Shown in pieces: positions 9,905 to 17,625 of a DNA stretch of 64,000 nt (positions are counted from its first letter, which is position 1; the number at the start of each line of letters is the position of its first letter). The DNA comes from a virus (Duplodnaviria > Caudoviricetes): positions 32,001-96,000 of the IMG/VR virus record IMGVR_UViG_3300045594_000145; one strand, written 5' to 3'. The notes under the pieces were generated by a model. It made no database searches and had not been told where the DNA came from. It saw only the letters and a program-made list of their open reading frames with translations. Made by a program: the position numbers and the translations under genes.

Positions 9905-9978
9905 TGGAGGACGGAGTGAGAGTCGGACTCACGATCTAGGGGTTGCGGCCCTATGCCTTACCGCTTGGCTAACCGTTC
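9905..9978 (-). tRNA. tRNA-Cys(GCA), atypical (C33, acceptor mismatches)
   Basis: UAGGG-CCGCAAC-CCCUA; encoded CCA. Confidence 0.7.
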
Positions 9979-10014
9979 TAGTTTTGAATTAACTACTTTC
10001 TTAAGAAAGTATAG

Positions 10015-10085
10015 TATACGCACTAAGAATTGAACTTGGATTTAGCGCTTATCAGGCGCTCGTTCTACCATTGAACTATGCGTAT
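10015..10085 (-). tRNA. tRNA-Ile(GAU)
   Basis: AUACGCA/UGCGUAU; AGCGC-CUGAUAA-GCGCU. Confidence 0.85.
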
Positions 10086-10091
10086 ATATAA

Positions 10092-10164
10092 TGTTCTGAT
10101 TGGGACTTGAACCCAAAATCTTATTCTTGAGAGGAATACGATTTAACCATTCGTCTACCGCAGC
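10092..10164 (-). tRNA. tRNA-Glu(CUC), weak acceptor stem (possibly pseudo)
   Basis: UAUUC-CUCUCAA-GAAUA; good T-arm; several acceptor mismatches. Confidence 0.6.
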
Positions 10165-10170
10165 AAATAG

Positions 10171-10259
10171 CGCAAACTGCTAGCTTCGATCTCGCGCTAC
10201 GAATAATCGTAGGACGGTTTAGCGAACCGTTGGTTTCAACCAGACTCACCCAAGTTTGC
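10171..10259 (-). tRNA. tRNA-Ser(GCU), C33
   Basis: ACGGU-UCGCUAA-ACCGU; long variable arm; G73. Confidence 0.75.
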
Positions 10260-10263
10260 ATAG

Positions 10264-10345
10264 TCGGTTGCGGGAGACTTGAACTCCCACGTCTTTCAAC
10301 ATTAGCTTCTAAGGCTAACGCGTCTGCCAGTTCCGCCAGCAACCG
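10264..10345 (-). tRNA. tRNA-Leu(UAG)
   Basis: UUAGC-CUUAGAA-GCUAA; Leu-type D-arm and variable arm. Confidence 0.9.
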
Positions 10346-10351
10346 ATAACT

Positions 10352-10423
10352 TGTGGAGTAATGAGATCGAACCGATATTATCTGTTTGGTAAACAGACTT
10401 ACTAGCCGTTGTAAGACCTCCAC
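10352..10423 (-). tRNA. atypical tRNA with ACC anticodon (Gly), weak T-stem
   Basis: UCUGU-UUACCAA-ACAGA; GUGGAG/CUCCAC acceptor; T-stem poorly paired. Confidence 0.55.
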
Positions 10424-10436
10424 AATTTTGAAGCAG

Positions 10437-10507
10437 TCTCCGCAGAATGAATCGAACATTCGTCTCTCGGTCCCAGGCCGAGTGGTCTACCATTAACCTA
10501 CACAGAG
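10437..10507 (-). tRNA. tRNA-Pro(UGG), C33
   Basis: CUCGG-CCUGGGA-CCGAG; C1-G72, A73. Confidence 0.8.
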
Positions 10508-10511
10508 ATAG

Positions 10512-10585
10512 TGGAAGATAAAGAGATCGAATCTTTAGTCTATCGGTTATGGGCCGAGTGCTTTATCCTATTAAGCTAATCTTCC
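10512..10585 (-). tRNA. tRNA-Met/Ile2(CAU), C33
   Basis: GGAAGAU/AUCUUCC; loop CCCAUAA. Confidence 0.8.
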
Positions 10586-10621
10586 AATAATTGCATATTT
10601 TATAGCGTTATGCTACGCTAA

Positions 10622-10694
10622 GGCCAAGTAGTGGAATTGAACCACTAACCTCCTACTTACGAAGTAGTTGCTCTACCGATTGAGCTAAATTGGC
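10622..10694 (-). tRNA. tRNA-Thr(CGU)
   Basis: loop UUCGUAA; canonical D and T arms. Confidence 0.85.
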
Positions 10695-10705
10695 AATTTG
10701 ATAAG

Positions 10706-10785
10706 TCCTTGAAGTGAGGTTCGAACTCACACGCTCTCGCAGTGGATTTTAAGTCCACTTTGTCTGCCAGTTGCAACATCCAAGG
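10706..10785 (-). tRNA. tRNA-Leu(UAA)
   Basis: GUGGA-CUUAAAA-UCCAC; variable arm present. Confidence 0.85.
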
Positions 10786-10790
10786 AGTAG

Positions 10791-10864
10791 TGCGCGACGT
10801 AGAACTCGAATCTACAATAACCTATTTTTGAGACAGGCTCCTCTGCCAGTTGGGACAGCCGCGC
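10791..10864 (-). tRNA. tRNA-Leu(CAA) with short variable loop
   Basis: CCUGU-CUCAAAA-AUAGG; variable region only UUAUU. Confidence 0.8.
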
Positions 10865-10906
10865 AAGATTTTAAATTTATTTAATTCTTTCTTTGTTTAT
10901 GTATAT

Positions 10907-10935
10907 ATTATATCATTATATTAGGAGATTGTCAA
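10907..10935 (-). promoter_or_regulatory. sigma-A promoter of tRNA block
   Basis: TTGACA-17-TATAAT. Confidence 0.8.
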
Positions 10936-11023
10936 GCTTTCTCTTTTAAAAATGAGGACAAAAGACGGAAGAATTACCTACGTCTTTCTGGTATCGTTCC
11001 TACACTTGGCAGGACAATGAAAT

Positions 11024-11079
11024 TAGAGGCAGCCAGACTCGAACTGACATATTGACTCTTACCCTTGAGCTATACCTCT
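11024..11079 (-). ncRNA. 56-nt tRNA-like RNA with no anticodon arm
   Basis: AGAGGUA/UGCCUCU acceptor, GCUC-AAGGGUAA-GAGU D-arm, 6-nt linker, GUCAG-UUCGAGU-CUGGC T-arm. Confidence 0.8.
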
Positions 11080-11186
11080 TCTGTTTGATCGTGCACAATC
11101 CTCCACAGATGGAGTGCCGCTTAGTAAATAAAAGAACAAGCAGGCTTATTCAGTCAGATGGCACTGCCATCTATTACATGCGGCAA

Positions 11187-11306
11187 TTTGTTCGGTAAGG
11201 ATTTGCACCTTACAAGCATAGTCATTGCTTTTTCAACTTTAATTAGAGTGATAGCTCTATGCGGTGCTCACTGGACACCCGTGTTTACCTATTCCGCCAC
11301 GAACAA
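11187..11306 (-). ncRNA. Leu-like tRNA scaffold with very long variable arm
   Basis: UUGUUCG/CGAACAA acceptor, GGCGGAAUAGGUAAAC D-arm, GGUGU-CCAGUGA-GCACC, ~48-nt arm closed by GCAUAG/CUAUGC, UGCAAAU T-loop. Confidence 0.7.
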
Positions 11307-11311
11307 TTTAA

Positions 11312-11530
11312 TTACTTACTCAATTTAATATCTTCAATCTGGGCACGAGTTTCAAGCACATATAAATACTGCCCCATGATTGATGCCTGCTTTCTCAATA
11401 AATCAATTGGGCATGTAGGTGTAAACTCTAACTTTCCCGCATCATATTTAACAAGCATCTTATGTAATTTCTGGTACTTATCATCTAAATCTTTATATTC
11501 CTTCACAAATCTAACTTTGTAATCTTCCAT
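11312..11530 (-). CDS. conserved small phage protein
   Basis: LL.KQ..IM.QYL.VLE.RA motif; RBS AAGGAG. Confidence 0.75.
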   Translation of the reverse strand: MEDYKVRFVKEYKDLDDKYQKLHKMLVKYDAGKLEFTPTCPIDLLRKQASIMGQYLYVLETRAQIEDIKLSK

Positions 11531-11544
11531 GTTATTCTCCTTTC

Positions 11545-11943
11545 TTATAGTCCTAATTCCTTTGGTGTATAATCACATTCTCTTTTCATGCCAATGAACT
11601 TAGTCCCTCTATCAAAAGGAAATAGAAGAATATTTTCTCCGCCTTCTGTTTCAATATCAATGTTCTCACGATTGGCGTTATATAGTTTGCAAATTGAAAT
11701 TATTTTTCTATCTGCTTGACTGATTACGGTTTTTAGATAATCATGTTCTTCCTGCGTTAAGATTGGTTCTGGCTTAATAGGCTCCCATGCATTAGGCGAT
11801 ATTTCTGTTAATTTACAGATACCATTATTTCTGCCAATCAAGCAATTATCACATCTATCTTGTTTTTCACAACAATTCCGTATTGTTTCGATAGCTTCAT
11901 TCAATTTTTTGATTTCATTTTCCATATTATTTTCCTCTTTCAA
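11545..11943 (-). CDS. hypothetical protein (Cys motif plus shared C-terminal domain)
   Basis: CCEKQDRCDNC; LTQEEHDYL...YTPKELGL. Confidence 0.7.
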   Translation of the reverse strand: MKEENNMENEIKKLNEAIETIRNCCEKQDRCDNCLIGRNNGICKLTEISPNAWEPIKPEPILTQEEHDYLKTVISQADRKIISICKLYNANRENIDIETEGGENILLFPFDRGTKFIGMKRECDYTPKELGL

Positions 11944-12097
11944 TATTATCTTATCATTTTTAAATTAATTGTCTATAATTTGTAACCATTTTCGCAGTTA
12001 GCCTAAAGCCCGTTTTGCTAGATACCGATGGCCGAAGCCATAGAGTCCTACCATCAAACGATGACCTAATATTAAGTGGAGGTGTGGGGCAATGCTC

Positions 12098-12727
12098 CTA
12101 TAAATATTCAAAATGATAACCCAAATAGCTTGTTTTGTTATTATATCCAGTAAGAGACTCACTTATCTTTTTCCCTACATTATCCACTTTTTTGGTTCTT
12201 GTATAGTTGTTATCTATCAACCACTGAGCACATTCAACTACAGAGGAAAACTCTTTTTCTAATTCTTTAACTTTAATTGGTTTTGCGTGAATTTCTGCAC
12301 TACTTTTTATCGGAATATTATTTTGAATTAATATATCATGAACGCTATCTGTAGATATTCCTAATTTCGTGGCTGTTTTTCTTATATTCTGTTCTTCTTT
12401 ATAAGTTTTAATAACAAGATCTCTATCAATATAAGGTTTTCCATCCCCGCCTTTTGTTGCGTTATACCCATTTCCATAAGAGCCGTATCGACTAATCCAA
12501 TAGATTTCTCTTTCTTCAGCTTCTGAATCTTCACATTGTTCTACCTCTTCAACTGAAAAATTTTCAACACCATATTTGTTCATGGCAGAATAAAGAGGCC
12601 GGTGTTCCATCCGACATTTCTTATAATCTTGACAATGTTCTTTAAATCTTTTTTCTATCGTGCCCAGAGTTTTTCCGATATAAATTTTGCCATTAATTGA
12701 ATTTGTTATTTTATAAATATATGCCAC
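12098..12727 (-). CDS. free-standing GIY-YIG homing endonuclease
   Basis: YIYKITNSINGKIYIGKT..RFKEH..E..W..GYN..GGDG; C-terminal HTH/NUMOD; GTG start with AAGGAG. Confidence 0.9.
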   Translation of the reverse strand: MAYIYKITNSINGKIYIGKTLGTIEKRFKEHCQDYKKCRMEHRPLYSAMNKYGVENFSVEEVEQCEDSEAEEREIYWISRYGSYGNGYNATKGGDGKPYIDRDLVIKTYKEEQNIRKTATKLGISTDSVHDILIQNNIPIKSSAEIHAKPIKVKELEKEFSSVVECAQWLIDNNYTRTKKVDNVGKKISESLTGYNNKTSYLGYHFEYL

Positions 12728-12789
12728 GATGACTAACTCCTTTTCTATAAAAACTCTATAGAAATTGGTAAAGTAATATCACAATAATT

Positions 12790-12828
12790 CTTGTAATCTT
12801 GCTCGCCTACCAATTACGACACATGCCG
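12790..12828 (-). pseudogene. 5' half of a tRNA truncated after the anticodon loop
   Basis: CGGCAUG-UG-UCGUAAUUGGUAGGCGA D-arm, then no 3' half; abuts the GIY-YIG leader. Confidence 0.5.
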
Positions 12829-12833
12829 AATAG

Positions 12834-12904
12834 TAGTGATTATAGGTAATGCTCCTATGTCTACCGCTTATCAGGCGATTGCTCTACTTTTGAGCTAAAT
12901 CACT
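12834..12904 (-). tRNA. tRNA-Ile(GAU), atypical T-loop
   Basis: AUCGC-CUGAUAA-GCGGU; T-loop AGCAUUA. Confidence 0.8.
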
Positions 12905-12908
12905 AAAG

Positions 12909-12979
12909 AGTTCTATATCGGGATTGAACCGATGCTATCTGCTTGGAGGGCAGATGTACTACCATTATACGAATAGAAC
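12909..12979 (-). tRNA. tRNA-Gly(UCC), C33
   Basis: UCUGC-CCUCCAA-GCAGA; U73. Confidence 0.85.
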
Positions 12980-12980
12980 A

Positions 12981-13054
12981 TGGCTGGCTCTAAGTGAATT
13001 GAACACTTATACTCTCCTTAACAGGGAGGAGTTCTACCATTGAACTAAGAGCCA
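12981..13054 (-). tRNA. tRNA-Asn(GUU)
   Basis: loop CUGUUAA; encoded GCCA end. Confidence 0.85.
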
Positions 13055-13175
13055 ATATTAAGCACTATCGCAGTACCCGCGTCCCTTGCTATTATTGATA
13101 GCGCCGGAGACAGCTGATTTTTTAAACGTCGCGACCGAATCATCCTAGATGTTAGACGGTCTATTCCAGACGTAG

Positions 13176-13246
13176 CACAGGAGCAAGGATTTGAACCTCG
13201 ATAAGCAGTTTTGGAGACTGCCGTCCTGCCGTTGGACGACTCCTAT
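13176..13246 (-). tRNA. tRNA-Trp(CCA)
   Basis: GCAGU-CUCCAAA-ACUGC; G73. Confidence 0.9.
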
Positions 13247-13251
13247 ATAAG

Positions 13252-13326
13252 CCTTCTCTGAGAGAGTTGAACTCTCAACCTCTTCGTTCGTAGCGAAGCC
13301 GTCTATCCAATTGACTATAAGAGAAG
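13252..13326 (-). tRNA. tRNA-Arg(ACG)
   Basis: CUUCG-CUACGAA-CGAAG. Confidence 0.8.
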
Positions 13327-13332
13327 ATAATA

Positions 13333-13403
13333 AGCCGGCTGGGAGAGTTGAACTCACATTTACAGCTTACAAGGCAGTTGGTCTACCGTTAATCTAAGCC
13401 GGC
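13333..13403 (-). tRNA. tRNA-Thr(UGU)
   Basis: GCCGGCU/AGCCGGC; loop CUUGUAA. Confidence 0.8.
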
Positions 13404-13407
13404 ATAG

Positions 13408-13480
13408 CACGCTCATAGAGATTTGAACTCTAATTATGCGCTTAGAAGGCGCATGCCCTATCCAATTAGACTATAAGCGT
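13408..13480 (-). tRNA. tRNA-Arg(UCU), second copy
   Basis: UGCGC-CUUCUAA-GCGCA. Confidence 0.9.
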
Positions 13481-13484
13481 ATAG

Positions 13485-13557
13485 TTGCGTGAGGCCGGAA
13501 TTGCACCGGCGACCTCTTGGTTATGAGCCAAGCGAGCTACTACTGCTCCACTCCGCG
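13485..13557 (-). tRNA. initiator-type tRNA-fMet(CAU)
   Basis: CGCGGAGUGGAGCAG start, C1xA72 mismatch, loop CUCAUAA. Confidence 0.85.
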
Positions 13558-13832
13558 ATAAGAGATAATATTAAAGAAGAAAACTCTTTCCTTACTATAT
13601 AATATTATCATAAATCTATGAAAGTGTCAAGAAACACTTTCTGTCATCTTTTGTTTCAATCTGAACTTCGGTTCTGCTGATGACTTACCGATACACGTAG
13701 TAAAACTACAATTTGTGAACGTCACTTCTATTCACTTGCGCCTGTCGTTTAAAGATGGCGCTGACGCCGCAAAACTCTTTTACGGAGAACTAGTGCATGG
13801 GTTTATAAGGTTTTCCTTCCTTTACTATATAT

Positions 13833-13861
13833 ATTATACTACTTTTTTAAAATTTTGTCAA
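13833..13861 (-). promoter_or_regulatory. sigma-A promoter preceding an ORF-less structured segment
   Basis: TTGACA-17-TATAAT. Confidence 0.75.
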
Positions 13862-13880
13862 GTGGTTTTCTCTAAAACTT

Positions 13881-14555
13881 TTACCAAGCCGTTGCAATAT
13901 CTAGTTGAGTTGGATTACCCTCAGCAAAACCACCCGTATCTGCTACGATTGCTTCCCCTAAAGAACATAAAACAATCGAACCGCGAGGCCGCAGATTAAG
14001 ATTAGCCGCAACCATAACATAGCTGCCAAGCATCTTCGCGCCATCCGATCTTACCCAATATGGATATTCTTCTGCTGAATAGCCCATATTTCTCATAATT
14101 CTAACAACCCCACTCATATCAAGATTATAGTAAGTTTCTTTGCCAGATGGCCCGATAATAGAACCATTAGACGGGTTAAGAACTGCGCCGCTATAATCTA
14201 TCGTATAAGTAGACTGCGTTACAGAACTTTGAGCAGCCTGTATAGCTTCTTCTGCGGCCTTCTTGGCGGCTTCATCCTCAATCTGTTGGTTTAGTGTGTC
14301 AATCTGTGTATTCAAATCATCCTGTGCGGCTATAAGAGCAACATTTTTTTCACAAAGTAGTTTATTAGTTTCATTTTTATCATTATTTTCTACGATTAAA
14401 GCAGCGTTTTGTGCTGCAATATCTTCATTTTTATTTTGTAGTGTATTATTTGCCTTGTAGGTGATTGATGTAGTAACTATTCCTATAAAGATAACTACTG
14501 CTAACAGGATAGTTAAGCATTTTTCTCGTTTTGTCATTTTCCTCCTATGCCCCAC
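13881..14555 (-). CDS. membrane-anchored coiled-coil protein with 3D/DPBB-like cell-wall domain
   Basis: N-terminal TM helix, coiled coil, ETYYN...VAAN..RPRGS..AIVADTGG..LDIAT. Confidence 0.65.
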   Translation of the reverse strand: MGHRRKMTKREKCLTILLAVVIFIGIVTTSITYKANNTLQNKNEDIAAQNAALIVENNDKNETNKLLCEKNVALIAAQDDLNTQIDTLNQQIEDEAAKKAAEEAIQAAQSSVTQSTYTIDYSGAVLNPSNGSIIGPSGKETYYNLDMSGVVRIMRNMGYSAEEYPYWVRSDGAKMLGSYVMVAANLNLRPRGSIVLCSLGEAIVADTGGFAEGNPTQLDIATAW

Positions 14556-14723
14556 GACAAAAAAGTCTGGATCACTTTAAGTCATGACGTCTTTTTAAAT
14601 ATTCTTGGTAATCTCTTTCTCTGCGCTCGTCTTCTAAAGAAGCCGCCTTTGCTAAAGCAAAAACCATTACTAATAATCCGCCAATAACAATAATAGTCAT
14701 AATAAAAGCTTGTAACTTTAACA

Positions 14724-15068
14724 TCAAACTATCTCCTTCTTGTAGACCTGAGCAACCATTAAATCTGGAGCTGTCCGCGCATACCGAACTTTATCGGCAT
14801 ATTTCTTCATGTCTGTATCGTCATCTTCATACAGAATATTTCTATACCAGTCAAGGATAGTTTGAATATTCTCATTTGAAGATTTCCCTTCAGAAGTTCC
14901 GCCCTGCATCTTTGCACAAGTTAATAGGCACTCTGCGGCTTCTTCATCAGTTTCTAACATACCTTCCATTGCAATAATTAAATCTGCTGGAAATTCAATA
15001 ATGAACTTGCTCGGCCAATCTTTGTATAAAATATTGACTGTCTCCTTCTTCTTCTGTTTTATAATCAT
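14724..15068 (-). CDS. hypothetical protein
   Basis: 114-aa ORF in operon. Confidence 0.6.
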   Translation of the reverse strand: MIIKQKKKETVNILYKDWPSKFIIEFPADLIIAMEGMLETDEEAAECLLTCAKMQGGTSEGKSSNENIQTILDWYRNILYEDDDTDMKKYADKVRYARTAPDLMVAQVYKKEIV

Positions 15069-15669
15069 ATTTCCACTCTCTAAACTTTCTAGCGGCTACA
15101 TCAAAATATTGAGGATTAACAAATACATACGTCAGCGGCCAGCGCGCAGAATATCTTGTGCAATATATTACTCCTAAATCTCTTAAAGCATCTAAATAGT
15201 AACTCACAGTAGTGTGTGAATAATTACTTAGTTTTGCTAAAGTTGAAACTTTGGGGTGAAGAGTAGATTTAACAGGATTTAATCTTGATAAGATATAAAG
15301 ATTTCTTAGTCTATAATATATCACTAGCAATGAACTTGCATTATTTTTATACTCGCCAGAGACAATTTTATTATATGCCTCATCTGGGATCGGGGTATAA
15401 TTAAATTCTCCATTGTCCGCGCAATGGCAAATAATAATTGGTTCATTTATCGTGGTATGGTCTCTCTTTATAACCCCAAGAGAAGATAATTTATCAAGTT
15501 GCCTTAATATGCTAGATTTTGATACTCCTGCTAATTCTGCTAATTCTTTGGTCTTTAATGTGCAAACTCCATTTATTTCTTTCTTGTTAAGGATAGAATA
15601 TAATAAAGTTACACTTTGATTGTGGGAAGTCATAATTGCATCCATATCAATCTGAGTCAAATTTATCAT
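14995..15669 (-). CDS. tandem winged-HTH DNA-binding protein (replication-initiator-like)
   Basis: TKELAELAGVSKSSILRQLDKL..GVI and VSTLAKLSNYSHTTVSYYLDAL..GVI. Confidence 0.65.
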   Translation of the reverse strand: MINLTQIDMDAIMTSHNQSVTLLYSILNKKEINGVCTLKTKELAELAGVSKSSILRQLDKLSSLGVIKRDHTTINEPIIICHCADNGEFNYTPIPDEAYNKIVSGEYKNNASSLLVIYYRLRNLYILSRLNPVKSTLHPKVSTLAKLSNYSHTTVSYYLDALRDLGVIYCTRYSARWPLTYVFVNPQYFDVAARKFREWKYDYKTEEEGDSQYFIQRLAEQVHY

Positions 15670-15723
15670 TTATTTTTCCTCATAATTATATATTATCATA
15701 TTTTTTAACATTTGTCAAGGAAT

Positions 15724-16008
15724 TTAATTTAAATGAGAAAAATCTTTTTTCTCATTCTCCTCTTGCGCCTTCTCAGACAGATCTTTAAGGCTGTCGTAGG
15801 TATTGTCTAAAATAGTATTTAAATCTTTAACCGATATGCTCCCTTCTTCTCCGTAGATGTGTGCGACACCATTTTTAATGGCTTTAATCTGAGATAACGA
15901 ACCCAAATATACGCCTTTTTTGTAGGCTTCTTTTATACTATCCTCAATTTCATCATAAAGCTCATAATATCTTTTTAAAGATTCTTCGTCTTTATCATTA
16001 CTTGACAT
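15724..16008 (-). CDS. hypothetical protein
   Basis: 94-aa ORF overlapping upstream gene. Confidence 0.6.
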   Translation of the reverse strand: MSSNDKDEESLKRYYELYDEIEDSIKEAYKKGVYLGSLSQIKAIKNGVAHIYGEEGSISVKDLNTILDNTYDSLKDLSEKAQEENEKKDFSHLN

Positions 16009-16357
16009 TTTTTTCGCTCGTTACTTTTAGTTGAGAGTGAAAGTCATCTACGAAGTCTGTCGGAGTTCTTGTAGTAGAAGTTGTATTATCCTTCTTAATC
16101 AAAGTTGCATCGGCGCTACTATTATTACAAGTAGATGTGAATTTAGATGGACCCCAAACAGGCACTACCTTTGGTGTCTCTAGTGGCGCAGTGGGAAAAG
16201 GGAAATTATTATATACAACTGGTGAATTTAAAATATATCCGATCGTTTCATCTATCCCATTATTAAAATCATCATGACTAATTTCTGCAAGATTATACTT
16301 GATATGATATAGGAAATCTAAACAATCTCTTTTCTTCTGTAAATCTGTTTTTTCCAT
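15998..16357 (-). CDS. hypothetical protein
   Basis: 119-aa ORF with AGGAG RBS. Confidence 0.6.
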   Translation of the reverse strand: MEKTDLQKKRDCLDFLYHIKYNLAEISHDDFNNGIDETIGYILNSPVVYNNFPFPTAPLETPKVVPVWGPSKFTSTCNNSSADATLIKKDNTTSTTRTPTDFVDDFHSQLKVTSEKNVK

Positions 16358-16591
16358 TTTATTTTTCTCCTATTTCTTTCATTATGTTTTTATATCTTTT
16401 GCGGATACAAATATAATATTATTATAATTATCTACAATCACTCTGGAATTATCTACCACAGGCCGCATTTAATGTTATTCTTCTTCTTCAATTATTCTTC
16501 ACTCTTTATCTTAATGACAGGAGGAACTACGATAATGATTGCAGCAACAACTAAAACCGCAAAGGTCTTGATGATGAAGGATGTTTTAATT

Positions 16592-16912
16592 CTACCAGTT
16601 GTTTTCATTTTTTTCTCTCCAACGTGTTACAGTTACAAGTCTTGTTTCTTCTTTTTTTACTACTTCAACCGGATTAAAAGGGAAATAGTTCTCTTGGTGT
16701 TCCGTTAAACCCTGCTCCCAAGTGAAGCGAAAATACCTGTCTTCAGCTTTTAGTATAGTAGTTACTGAACGAGTCCAACGACCAAGGTCTGAACTGAAAT
16801 TTTCATCCACAAGTTCAAGGGGTTCTTTTTTATAATGATGGCAATAAATTAGTTCTTTTAATTCATCTTTTGTAAACTCATGGTCTGAGTCATAATCTTT
16901 AAGAAATTTCAT
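16592..16912 (-). CDS. hypothetical protein (paralog of 17198..17521)
   Basis: MKFL.DYDSDH.F...RWTR.VTT...DRYFR..W.QGLTE.QEN shared. Confidence 0.8.
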   Translation of the reverse strand: MKFLKDYDSDHEFTKDELKELIYCHHYKKEPLELVDENFSSDLGRWTRSVTTILKAEDRYFRFTWEQGLTEHQENYFPFNPVEVVKKEETRLVTVTRWREKNENNW

Positions 16913-17197
16913 AATGGTTTTCTCCTTTTAGTAGATGAAATTTGATAGTTCTATTCAAAGTAAAAGAGCCTAGTCTACCATACTTACTCATGCGCGATCG
17001 CAAAGTCCATTGTTAACTGAGGGAAGTCTGAGTCACTGCGGTCTCATTTCCTACTAAGCCGGAGAAGGTATTATCCATGATGGCAATTTCATGTTCACTT
17101 AGTCTTACAACGAGGGTTCCTTCTCCATTATCCATCTCTAAAATTTGCATATTTATCTTTCCTCTTTCTATATAGGGTGGCCGCATTAGCCTTTAGT

Positions 17198-17521
17198 TTA
17201 TATCGCTTTTCTGACAACTTCCCATGTGGTTGTAGTAGTTTGTACCATTTTTGTTTCAGTGTGCGGGATAACTTCATCAATCTTGTCCCAGTAAGAGTTC
17301 TCTTGGTATTCTGTTAAGCCTTGTGCCCAGTTGACTCTAAAATATCTATCTTTGACCTTGAAGGTGGTAGTTACATTACGAGTCCAACGATCAAGCATTT
17401 CAGAATAGTCTGTATCAACAATTTCAATAGGCTCGTTGTGGTAGATTTGATCACAAACCAGTTCTTCTATTTCGTCCTCAGAGAAGCAATGATCTGAGTC
17501 GTAGTCTTCAAGAAATTTCAT
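17198..17521 (-). CDS. hypothetical protein (paralog of 16592..16912)
   Basis: same shared motifs. Confidence 0.8.
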   Translation of the reverse strand: MKFLEDYDSDHCFSEDEIEELVCDQIYHNEPIEIVDTDYSEMLDRWTRNVTTTFKVKDRYFRVNWAQGLTEYQENSYWDKIDEVIPHTETKMVQTTTTTWEVVRKAI

Positions 17522-17625
17522 ATATTTTTTCTCCTTTTAGTTAAGATATATAGTGATGCGGTCATGGTTAGAAATATTTGTAGAAGGAATGATTTCTTAA
17601 TTGTCCCGCTTGTCCTTATAATTAA

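Noticed and set aside
10121-10493. ORFs 10121..10459 and 10302..10493 (also 13145..13357)
   Set aside because: They overlap clear tRNA genes
12077-12828. Group I intron-split tRNA or tmRNA around the GIY-YIG gene
   Set aside because: Flanks are too short for an intron core, the acceptor halves do not pair, and no tmRNA 5' end or tag ORF is present
9000-13560. Stop-codon recoding or suppressor tRNA, as reported for many theta-ribozyme phages
   Set aside because: No CUA or UCA anticodon found; long genes are intact in code 11 and TAG serves as stop (portal, GIY-YIG)
13676-13710. Hammerhead core (CUGAUGA on plus strand)
   Set aside because: No matching GAAA core strand or stems I/III; opposite to the transcribed strand
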